Source: Rhizaria sp. SCN 62-66 (lineage: Eukaryota). Taken from it: a stretch of 23,368 nt of DNA. The position numbers and the translations under genes were made by a program. Under the pieces are notes generated by a model that was not told the DNA's origin, ran no database searches, and saw only the letters and a program-made list of their open reading frames with translations. Shown here piece after piece: positions 1 to 10,421 of the stretch; positions within the stretch are counted from its first letter, which is position 1, and each line of letters starts with the position of its first letter. Location of the stretch: the NCBI GenBank assembly GCA_001724265.1, contig MEDY01000169.1, positions 62,001-85,368 on the forward strand, read 5' to 3'.

Positions 1-641
1 GCGCTGTGCAGTGAGCGCGGACACGATCGCGGGCACGCACAGCGAAGAGCAGAGCGCGTTGCCGCACCGGCCGCGCGCGGATGGGCTCACGACACACAGA
101 TTCTCGCGGTACACGCCCACAAGCTCACTGCTGCTGCACTCAGTGTTGGTGTTGTTGTTGTTGCTGCTGTTGTCACTGCTGTCTCCCAGAGGCGCGGCGT
201 CTGGTCCGGCGACCGGCGCCCCAGTCTGTGCGTCGACGATCCCGCCGCCCGGCGCGACAACACAGCCGGCCGAGTCTGGGATGGCGAAAGCGGCGTGGTT
301 GTAGCCCCAGGCTTCGACGTGGAAGCGCGCGATGCCCTGGTAGACGCCGAAGTGGACGAACACGCGCACGGGCTCGCAGTCCGCACTGCCAGCGCTAATG
401 CTCGAGCTAGAGTCAGGATCAGCAGTGTCACCTGTGTTGCTGCTGACATTAGAGTGACGTTTGATGTAGTCGTGGACGGCGAGGGCAGACACGGGCAGGA
501 TCTCACGGGAACGCACAGTCACATGCGGCGGCAGCACGACCTTGCCCGTCAGACTCGCCATCGCAGCATCGTCAACTACACTGGCGCTGGCACTGGCGCG
601 GGGATCAGCACTGGTCTCACTTGCACTCGAGCCGCCACCAC

Positions 642-675
<34 letters not shown>

Positions 676-1032
676 GCTCCGGGGGGGCTGGTGGCGTGCG
701 GGGAGCGGGAGGTCGGTGGTGATGCCGGTGCATGGCGGCAGCGGGGGCGCCACGACCACCGCACTCGCGCTCGCACTCGCACTAGCGCAAGACGAGCTGC
801 TGCTGCTGCTGCTGCTGTCGGCGCTGTTTTCAGCGGTTGTGTGTGTGTGTGCGTTGGTGGTGACGGGCGCGTGCGAGAGGAAAGAGTCGAGGTGGCGGAG
901 GATGTACCCCGTGGGGTTGTGGATAACGCTGCCAAACGGGCCGAAAGCGGTCAGGTACAAGTGCACGGGGCGCGGGGAACGCGCGGCCGCGGCGGCGCCG
1001 GGCGCAGAGCATGCTGGCAAGGGGGCGCTCAT
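1..1032 (-). CDS. PGPEP1: Pyroglutamyl-peptidase I (peptidase C15)-like protein, N-terminal 344 codons; continues past the left edge
   Basis: Manual translation from ATG at 1032 (in-frame TAA shortly upstream) is open to position 1. It gives VHLYLTAFGPFGSVIHNPT (C15 N-terminal TGFxPF..NP motif), EILPVS, VFVHFGVYQGIARFHVEAWGYNHAAFAIPD (catalytic Glu motif E-x4-N..IPD) and ALCSSLCVPAIVSAL. The catalytic Cys/His would lie outside the window. Poly-Ser/Asn inserts separate the motifs. Confidence 0.85.
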
Positions 1033-1405
1033 GGAGTGGCGCTGAGCAAGTAAGTGAGGAAAGAATGAGACGTATTAGCGTGATTGCGCATTGAAATGAG
1101 ATATGGCGATTGAATATAAAGTATATATTTAGTATTGTTTTGTAAAATGTGTGCTCTCAAGAAGTTAGAACGAGTTTGATGGCTGCAGAAGAGGAAATGT
1201 GTAGACTGGAGGCGGTTGTGGTCGGAAAGGCTCCGGTAAGTCAGGACGGACGCGTTTGGGAGGCGTAGTTTGGTTTAAGAAGAATAGTTCCTGTCAGTTC
1301 CGCTGGTAAGTCATATTAAATCGGTGTCAGGTATGGTAGAAGTGGGACATCTATCTGACGATAAGTGACACAAATGAACTTGAGGTCAAATAGCTGGAGG
1401 ATCTG

Positions 1406-1434
1406 TCTGTCTGGACAATCTGTCTGGACAATCT
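1406..1434. repeat. 13-bp tandem duplication (TCTGTCTGGACAA x2.2)
   Basis: Exact copies at 1406-1418 and 1419-1431, plus a partial TCT. Confidence 0.85.
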
Positions 1435-2307
1435 TTTTTCGGTACTGGGGAGCGAGGCTGGGCACTCAGTGCTCTAAGGGCTAGCTACAATACACCACGC
1501 AACTTCTCCTCTTTCGTCTTTGCAAGAAAATGCTGTGAAATCATCGTGGATCTTGTTAAGAAGTGCTGTAATACGTATTAATCGAGTGCATTTATTGATT
1601 CTAAAAGTGTAAGCTGCTGTGCGCCTGATATTGCCCTCAGATTGAGACTCAATATGGAATTGATCTTAGGGGTGCGACTTGCCTTGCTATATTAGGCTTC
1701 TACATCCGTATTATGCCAGCAGATGCTCGCTACAACCAGACATTTCTTATGAAAATGCTGATTTCTATTTATTTGCGACGATTATTTTTCATCAACAAAG
1801 TTCAACGCCCTCTTTCGTCGCATTCGCGCCCTTTACCAACTTAATACTTGTCAAACTCTCACAACGAACAACTACGACTATTTTTCTTTCTTTTCTGACG
1901 TGCCCACATTGTGTAGCCTCTACTGAATTGGTTCAGCACTTCAAACTTTACTAGCAACGCCCCAGTAGCTCTTCAATCGCTGCAATCGCGCGTGCTCTTC
2001 TACGACCGCAAGCTCCTCCACATTTTCTTACCATTCCGGTCACGGTCATCTGGAGCACTTGTGCGTCTCTCTTCGCAAGTGTAGTCGATTCGACACTCAC
2101 ACCTTTTCTGGTGCATTCGCCCAGTTTTTGACGTTATTAACTTTTCAGGTTTGTTCATAACTCACGCCTTTTCATCCTCGCAACTCTCCCTGCGTACGCT
2201 TGCTGATTGGCACTGCTTTTGACTGCTAAGCAAACACACCTGCCATAAACACGTCGCCAACGCCAGTTTCTTCTAAACTCGGGTGAGGCCGATTCTTGCT
2301 TTCTGTC

Positions 2308-5300
2308 ATGGATGTTTACAAGTATATGGCGTGCAATCCTTTTACGAACTAGAATCCGTACTACTCTTTTCTTTGCGCATCCGCTCAAGATGTAAAAAAT
2401 GTATTTGCCAAATTCACTCCAGACATTGCAAGGACTTCTATCAAAACTCTCGATGAGGCCAGACTTTTAAACCTGTTTTCGGCTTCAACTCTGGATGTGG
2501 GTGTATCCAAGGCATCGCGCACGAGGGCCAGGAAGAGGACATTTCGGAAAGCGTTCAAAGAAATGAATGAATCGACAACGAAGACTTGCGACGATGCAAT
2601 CGAGGCGTTTGGCCGGCTTACGCCAGGAAGGGAGAACTACAACATTCGCGAAGGTGTTAAGTTGCTTAGAAATGTCATCGATCAGGCTCAGAAGACACAA
2701 ACAAAGATCAGGACGGCGCGTGCTGCTTTCACAAAGCTCGTAAATTATGGTTGTGCGTATGGCGTCGAGCACTTCAAGAGCGAAGCTCACGATCTCCGCG
2801 TCAAATTCAAGCTCGTTAATCATGTGATTGAAAACTCAGAGGCCAGGAGCAGTGAGCTCGAAACTTCTTACATTAAGAGTTTGATCGATGAGATTCGCAA
2901 TTTTCTCAAAGAAGTTGAGAATTCAACTCCGCGCTGTACTCGTCGCACTCTCTCCCGATTACCTGATCGTCTTAATGTTTTCGATCCTTCTGATGAGAAA
3001 TCATTTCTCATCATTGTTGCTGAAGCTGGACATGTCGCCACTATGATCGAGTAGGCCCAGAGTCTCCTTGATGACATCGAGAACCCTGACTACAAGACCG
3101 ACACATTTCACTTGGTCACTGAAGACAAGGTTGCTCTTCAAACGCTGTCAGTGTACGCTTCGCACAGTGCGCAATGGTTGGTGAGTGCGAAGCGCGCTTA
3201 TTGGGAGCGTGATAGGGCTCGTTTGACTCAGACTCTCAAGCACTTCGAGCGCACCTCCAAGGATTGGGAATAGGCCAAACACATGACGTGTAGCGACTTC
3301 ACTATTGCGTTAACTCAGCTTTACGATCGGATGGCAATTGTTCGCCCCACCACCCCAATCCAACAGGTAAAATACGACTCTCCTTTCGAGGCGGAGCTTA
3401 ATTTGTCTGCTGAGCTACTTAAGCGGTTCAAAAACTGTTTGGATAAAACAACGGACGCCGATCAAAGTAGCTCATTTGTCGTCTTGCCACATCAAGTCCA
3501 ACTATGCTTGTTGTCAGCCCTTTGTGCTCTATTTGAGAGGTTTTCTAAATCGTTTCCAGCACTTCCTAGCGACATCCAGCTAAAAAAGAAACCGACCTTT
3601 AAAAACATCACGCAAAACGAATATTAGTGTATCTTTACGTACCGGCAACTGTATTGCTTTGTGAAGTGTCTTCGTCATAGGTTTGCTCATAATACTCATG
3701 ATGCCTTGGAAGACAAAAAGATAGTGGATGAAATGATCGAGGAAATTTATAAACGGTTGAAGAACAACCATTTACGTGTTGACGATAGCGCTTCGGGTCT
3801 TGCTGAGAAAGAGTGGCTGCTTTTCATGCGCTCTCTGCTTCGTTACTGCAAAGGAGAGTCGTCCTCCATTCTCCCCGTGCACCAGTCATCACGCGCCATG
3901 CGCGTCTGGTTTAAAGACATTGTTTATGAGCTGGCTATGAAAACAACTCTGGCTCAAAAACATGTGGACAAACTCGAAGATTCTATTTCCGCAGCAAACG
4001 GTACCGTGGTACGGATTACGAACAAAATCAATAAGAAGGCTGGCTCCATTAAACAGATCGAAGAAAATGCAGCACGCTATGACGAGGCAACAAAAGAGAA
4101 AGAGAACAAACTCAAAGGCGAACGTTCCTCTTTTTAGCTGCAGTTAAAGGAGGAGAAAGACAATGTGGCATCCTTGAAATTATAGCATCTGTGTAAAAGT
4201 GATCTCCTGCGTGCAAATGCGATGTTTCAGAAGAACGATGTCGCGCCGGCGTGGCAAAATGTTGGTGATGAGCATGTGTACCGTTTCCGCGTCGAGGCGT
4301 ATCACACGCTCTGTGACTACGTCAAACTGGACGATCAATCCCTCAATTCTCATCCTGTTGTTTGCGATAGCATCATTGCATCTCTGTTTCCTTCGTTTTT
4401 CAAAGCAGTCAAGAAATTGCCTGGGGCTGCCAACGCTCCAGCTAACTTAGATAAGGTGGGCCAGATCAGCTTTCTTAAATAGCAGCTTGAACAACTTGTT
4501 GTGCGCACTGCCCAGAAACGGACCACCTCATGTTGTGATGATGATAAATGTACACTCAAAGCTGTTTCTATTTTAAAGCACGTTGGTAATACGCTACGAC
4601 ATCGGAAGGGTGGACGTATCGTCATCAACAACAATAAGCAGCTGCAGGCGGCGTTGCAAACAGCGTTAAAATGGTTATTGACTTTATTTGGGTCAGATGG
4701 TCAATACGTATCTCGACATGAAAACGAGAAGCACGTTCGCAAAACAGTTGACAAGCTTCACACGGAGAGTGTGCTTAAAAAAAACAAACTTGAGTTCATT
4801 GGGGACGAGATCAACCGTTTTGATTTGTTCGCGCGAGTTTCTGCACAAATTTCTTGCCGGACTCTAAAAACCAATGAGAACAACGACATTAACCCACATC
4901 TCAATGTTCACCAACTGACCCGCCTGAATTGCCACCACTCATCTTGGTTAAACCTCAAAGGAACGCAAAAAACAAACACTTTTAGTACAAAGGAGAAGCG
5001 GCCCTTGTGGAAAGTATTGTTTTGGTGTGTCAAAGTTGCTGAATGTGCTTTACATCTTCTTTCTGTGCCTATCCCCGGCGACGCTCCGTCTCAGAATGCC
5101 AACGGAGTGTTGTCTGAGAACCGTGGTCCAAACCAAACTGTTCTGGCAAATCAATTGCCACCTGTTGAGGGAGGTGTTTTGCCTGCGCGGATTCAGCTTG
5201 CTCTATTGGTGCCTCATCTTCGGTTGAAGCTCAATCCTGTTTTACCTGATCAAGCAAATCGGATTCGGATATCGATAGCGTCCAACCCGTCAGTGGAACT

Positions 5301-6663
5301 GTGCCTCACTGCACGACAGATTCAAATACTCTACAAAGCTGTTGTGGATAAGTACACGACGGGAAAAGGTTGTGTTGGTGACGCCGACCTGGAGTCTATC
5401 AAGGAGACTCTGAAGGGCGAACTCGAACCCAGGCATGAGTGCCTGCACGCCAACCAGTGGTTCAGGGCAGGTGGGCGCAGCTGGAGCGCAGACTTGGACA
5501 TTACCAGCTCGCATGTCTGGTGCATCAATTGCATCCCCGGTCAGTGGGCATGGACTATGCTTGCACTGTATCATTACACGATCGACCATGTTGAAGCGCA
5601 TATGATCTCACCTGAACGTCTTGCTTGGTTTACAAACTTTTGGTTTAAGCGCAACAGCTAGCGCATCGATTCTTCACGGAAACCATACAGGCCGCATCTA
5701 ACTTTGCGCACGCCCAAAAATACTAGTTTGGAGTCGCACTACAAGAGTTTCAATCGTGATATCCAATGTCTACAAACGGACATTGTTCAGTCACTCTACT
5801 CTGGATTCCTGATGTATCAAAACCGTTCGTTTGTCATGGGATTTGTGCTGCGAATGATGTCATTCTTCGATCGTTTTCTGCGTAATTGTCTAGAACAGTT
5901 TTTTACTGGGCTCCCGACTTAGTTCTCTCGATTATTTCGTATTTTACTTCACAAGCGATCAACGCAGGTGAACAATGGCCTGTCTGGCGACGTGCTGCTG
6001 TTCACACACGAAGAAAATGACCTATATCCAATTCTAAGTAGTGTTGTCTGTGCTCGTGGATTAAATCGAGTTGAAACCGCTTTCCATGACGTCGTAAGCT
6101 TACGCAATATGTGTGCACACGCTGACTATGACAATTGGGGGATTCCTGCTTTTGACCTTGACGCTGATAAGCTTTCAAACCGAATTTTGACGCATTGTCC
6201 CGAACAGCTCGTGAAGTACCTCCATCTTCATTACTTTGCTCGCTCTCAGCTTCCGCACTGTCCCTTAAGGCCGGGGGTTAAAATCCCCGCAAATGGGCTT
6301 GCTAACAACATGTCTCGTCAAATATTCAATGTTAAATTTCCGAAATCTATGTTCAACGTACATTGTAGTGTAATATCACCAATCAATGGGCTCAAATATA
6401 TGAGGGATTGTATCACAAAGTGTACAGATGATTTTTTTGCCACTCCTGAAGAGGTGGTGAAGGAGAACCTTTCCGATGCCGTCCGGGAAATTCCCGGGCT
6501 CCGTGACAACGCTGGTTGGGTGCTACTTGTGTTGCCGCAACTATTACTGGAGCTCGCACACCTGCTGTCACAGACACGCATCCCCGCAAGTCATGATAAG
6601 AGAAAGGTTGACGGGTACGAGGCTGAGTTGGAATCGTGGCTTAAGCTCGGCAATTCAACGTGA
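2308..6663 (+). CDS. 1451-aa helical protein with two HEPN-like R-x4-H motifs, encoded through nine in-frame UAG codons
   Basis: ATG at 2308 (upstream in-frame TGA at 2284). Frame +1 is open to TGA 6661-6663 except for TAG at 2350, 3052, 3271, 3625, 4135, 4183, 4480, 5659 and 5920. Gaps between the track ORFs translate as normal-looking protein (e.g. MIE*AQSLLDDIENPDY, FLK*QLEQLVV). Motifs: RHRFAH 3673-3690, GNTLRH 4585-4602, RNMCAH 6103-6120. Coiled-coil-like segment ~3950-4200. Confidence 0.8.
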
Positions 6664-6834
6664 TGCAAAGCAACCTGGTGCGTAATATCAACCAATCCCG
6701 ATATTATATCTATCGCAATACCCACGCTTGAAGCAGTGATATTTTGCCTGATGCTTTCGAAATACTTCTATGTATTTAATAACACGTGCCTGAATATAAT
6801 GTGTATTTTTAATATGAAACGAACAAATAATAAC

Positions 6835-7036
6835 TGTACGTACCGGACGGAGTAGTGCATTCCATCATCCGTACTAGTACGAGTACGTACGTCCTTAATT
6901 TGAAATACAAAAATCTCCTACACACGATTTAAGCTATTTCCGTGGACGTATGATTACGTACGTAAGACTTACTACGTACATAAGTCACAACTGAGTGTTT
7001 ACACAATCACCATACGAAACCGTCCGAGTGTGTACA
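6835..7036 (+). ncRNA. Candidate structured RNA, or MITE-like fold-back element
   Basis: 6835-6850 pairs with 7020-7036 (16 pairs including two G.U, one bulged A at 7027). Internal helices are TACGTCC/GGACGTA, CGTATG/CATACG and GACTTA/TAAGTC, with several perfect palindromes. No evidence of transcription. Confidence 0.3.
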
Positions 7037-7965
7037 TATTGAAGGCGAAATCCGGTGAAAAACACGTTAGCCCGTCATCCCGCCGTCGTCTTGTTTTGTG
7101 TAGGTAGCTGTGAGGTTGCGTAGAATCCTTTTGTGGTCATATCGTTATGTACTGTGAGATTTAGCTATAAAATTGCATTTTTAGGCCTACATCATCGTGT
7201 TGATTTGTCGGCAATATCAATGGAAATCCCATTGTCGTGCGATGTGGCCGGTTGTGTCGAGCTACGTGCTTCCAGTGTATTGACGTTGGCCTATTCAAAT
7301 ACGCACACACGCTCTTGAACGGTTTCACCATGAATATATTGTCACAGAGGAGGTATCCAAGTGTCACATTCTAATCTCCAGATTAATGAGTGATACACAG
7401 CACAGCAAACGTCAGTCATACTTGAAATGCGCTAAGAAACATATAAAAACAGTGTGCAGTACTTAGAAAATTCAATAATAAAGCAATACTAATATTACTA
7501 TAAGTTGCTAACTCAAAAATTGTCACCAAGTCAATTCAGCTTCTCCTATTTCCAGTTCCCACGGTATTGGTTTTTTCGAATCTGGTGACCGTTGCAAGCG
7601 CCAATCTATCCGCTCTATTTTCTTGCCCATACCATCACCCAGTCGTAAAATATCACAATTGAAATCAAACCACGAATAAATCTCTGCTAATTTCAAATTA
7701 AAATCTTTCATCTCTTGCTTTAACCCCGCCAACTCACCTCTCCTCCATTGCCCGCCTTCGCACTCCCGCCTCTTTCCCCACTCTCCCCACCCGCTCGCTC
7801 CCGCTCTCCCCTCAGCACCCCACTCTCCCAAACTACCCTCCAAACCTTTTTATTGCTCGTGTATAGCTTTTCCTTGTCTCAGCTCCCCGAAACCAAGCGT
7901 TCCTCCGCTCTCTCGCACACTTCCAACCCGCTCTAGCAAACTCTGTCCTCACTCTTGCTTGCTTG

Positions 7966-8001
7966 CTCGCCGACCACAACCATCTCGCCGACCACAACCA
8001 T
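7966..8001 (+). repeat. 18-bp tandem duplication overlapping the start codon
   Basis: CTCGCCGACCACAACCAT at 7966-7983 and 7984-8001. The first copy is followed by C, the second by G, forming the ATG at 8000. Confidence 0.85.
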
Positions 8002-9524
8002 GTCCCGCACCCAGCCTCGCTCTATGCCTCCCCCGCCAATTACGGCGCGCCGTTCGACGGAGAACGTGCTTGACGACGCCCAGCGCAAGGCCCTCCAGGC
8101 CTTCGACGTCTCTGGCGCCGCCACCGCGTCCCCCAACGCGTCCGGAGGCTCGTCGCCCGCCGCGCCGTTCGATTTTGCCTCGCTGTTCCGCGCCCCCGAG
8201 GAGAAGCCCAAGTCTAAGCCCCGCGCCTACCCTGCCGCAACCTCCAGCTCTAGCTCCAGCATGTCCACCACCACAACCACCACGACGACGACGACTGTGA
8301 ACAAGGCTGGCGCCTCTCCCGCTGGCTCTGCCTCTGGCTCTGCCTCTGCTGCGGGCCGGCCGAGCGTGTCGCACATGCTGGACGCGATGCGCAACACCCC
8401 CAGCGGCGGCGGCAAGCTCGGCGGCGGCGGCCGCACTGCGGGCGACTTCCTGGGCGCTCTTGACCCGTCCGTGCTGGCCGTGCTGCACCAAATGGCAGGC
8501 GACGAGAGTAATCCTTCTGCTGCGACCGGCACGCGTGCGGTCAGCTACTCTGAGGACGAGGACGACGAGGAGTCTGAGGAGCCCGCGCCCGCGCCCGCGC
8601 CCGTGGCTGTGGCTAAGAAGGGCGGCCGCAAGAGCCTCGGCGTCCCCGCTGCTGCTGCTAAGAAGGGTAAGCAAGCTGAGGCCGAGGCCGAGGAGGAGGA
8701 GATTGAGGTCGAGTCCGTCCCCTCCCGCCGCCGCGCCAGCGTCGTCCCTGCTGCCACTACTGGCGGTCGCCGCAAGTCTGTTGCGCCTGCCCCTGCTCCT
8801 GTGGCAGCGGGCCGTCGTGTGACCCGGTCCCGCGCCCGCGCCGCCCACGACGACGACGACGCCGACGAGGCCGCTGCCGCCGCCCCTGTTGCCGCCGCCG
8901 CCACTGGCAGCCGCCGCAAGTCAACCACCGCCACCGCCGCTGCCCCTGCTCCTGCTCCTGTGGCAGCTGCGACAGGCCGTGGTGCTGCCAAGCGCGTCTC
9001 TGCCGCCGCCACCGCTGCTGCTGCTGCTGCACCGAACGCCAGTGTGGCCGATTACGACGAGGACGAGGACAACGGCGATGAGCTGCTCGACCTGGTGCCG
9101 CGCCTGGACACTCTGTTCCCGATCAGCCCCTCCAACGGCAGCAGCCGCCGCCGCAGCCGCTCGGCACGCAACTACGACGACCTCTTTGCCGCCGCACCCA
9201 TGGGTACCGTTACGGGTACTGCTGACAGCGCGCTGGTGGACGACGTGCTTAAGAGCGTGGGGGCCGACCTCTCCGCAATCACCGCCTTCGCCAACAACAA
9301 CATCAACAACAACAACAGCGGCAGTGGCAACGGCAGCGGTAGTAGTAATGGTGTCGCCGGCGCAGCGGCAGGCGCTGCTAAGAGCGGCGTGGCGGGGGTC
9401 AACTCCGCCACCGGTGCTAAGGCCCTCAACCTGTCTGCGCCAGTGCTGCTGCTGCTGGCTGCGCTGGCCGTTGTCGCCGCCGTCGTCGCCAGCTACGCAG
9501 CCGCGGCCGCCACCGCAAGTCCGG

Positions 9525-9555
<31 letters not shown>

Positions 9556-9880
9556 CGCTGCGTACGTGGCCAGTCCCGTTCCCAACACGGCTGCCGCCGC
9601 TCCTGCTGCTCCCGCTGCTGTGCCTGCTGCTGCGCCTGCTCCTGCTGCTGCTCCTGCCACTCCCAACGCCCCCGTTGCCGCTGCCGCCGCCGCCGCTCCT
9701 GCTCCTGCTGCGCCTGCCGCTGCCGCTGCCACTGCTCCCGCTGCGGCGGCCGCGGCGGCTGCTGCTGCGGCCTCGGCGGCGGCGGCCAAGGCGAAGGCTG
9801 CGGCGGCTGCCGCGACCGCAGCCAAGGCTGCCGCCGCTGCGGCCGCGGCCAACAACGCGAACGCCGCTCCTCGCGTCTAA
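8000..9880 (+). CDS. Hypothetical 626-aa disordered protein with basic RRxS/RKS motifs, one predicted TM helix and an Ala/Pro-rich tail
   Basis: First ATG of the 7955..9880 frame is at 8000, with strongly GC3-biased codons. It ends at TAA 9878-9880, where composition shifts abruptly. Hydrophobic stretch VLLLLAALAVVAAVVASY ~9443-9496. Confidence 0.75.
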
Positions 9881-10421
9881 TGGCCTTGTTTCCGCCCTTT
9901 AAGTGCCTCGCTCATCGAAGCAGCGCTTTGTCTAAGTATGATGCTTCGATGTGAGTGTGTTTAGCGATCTCTCTTTGGATGTGTAAAGTCGTTGTTTTGC
10001 TAGTTGTTGCTTGGAACACAGTGAAGCTGCGTTGGCCGCGGCTGGTTTGTCCCTCAGATGACAAAAGCACAGCAGGGGTAAGCTTAACACTTAAGAAGTG
10101 GTCGTAACAAACTTCTTGAAGTCAGTCTTCAGTGACGGATTGTGTTGGCTTATATTCGTGTTCTTTGTAGTTGCAGAAGATGCTTTAAAGCGTGTTGATG
10201 TGATTGATGTGTGTTTTGTTTCCTGTTTTTGTGTATCTTTATCAGTAATCCTTGTTGCATGCGTGAGTTGCAGTTGCAGCCTTGTCCTCGTGTCCCTAAT
10301 TCATACAAATTTAAACATATGTAATGCGCTCTTTCATATTAATAGTACGTTCTTAACGTATCTCGAACACGTCACTCTCTGAAAATACTAGATTTAGTGA
10401 CTATTTGTTTTGCTGTGAGGA

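Noticed and set aside
295-1053. + strand ORFs 11..304, 81..398, 295..1053 and 542..1045
   Set aside because: Antisense shadows of the minus-strand peptidase gene, which carries the recognisable motifs.
1679-2131. ORF 1679..1954 extended through its TAG to TGA at 2129-2131
   Set aside because: No in-frame ATG, UTR-like pyrimidine-rich composition, and not in frame with the 2308 gene.
2497-6663. Seven separate small genes, as in the ORF track
   Set aside because: All are in one frame, separated only by TAG; most lack an ATG start, and the gaps translate seamlessly.
2308-6663. UAR=Gln (ciliate-type) code, or pyrrolysine
   Set aside because: There are no in-frame TAA codons despite many CAA, and TAA appears to terminate the 8000..9880 gene. 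Pyrrolysine machinery is not known in eukaryotes and none is seen here.
6664-7950. CRISPR array accompanying the Cas13-like motif pair
   Set aside because: No regularly spaced direct repeats with unique spacers found here or in 1033-2307.
7720-7999. Polypyrimidine tract as a trans-splicing signal (similar tract at ~10800-10956)
   Set aside because: Equally explained by ordinary C/T-rich 5' leaders; not testable without transcripts.
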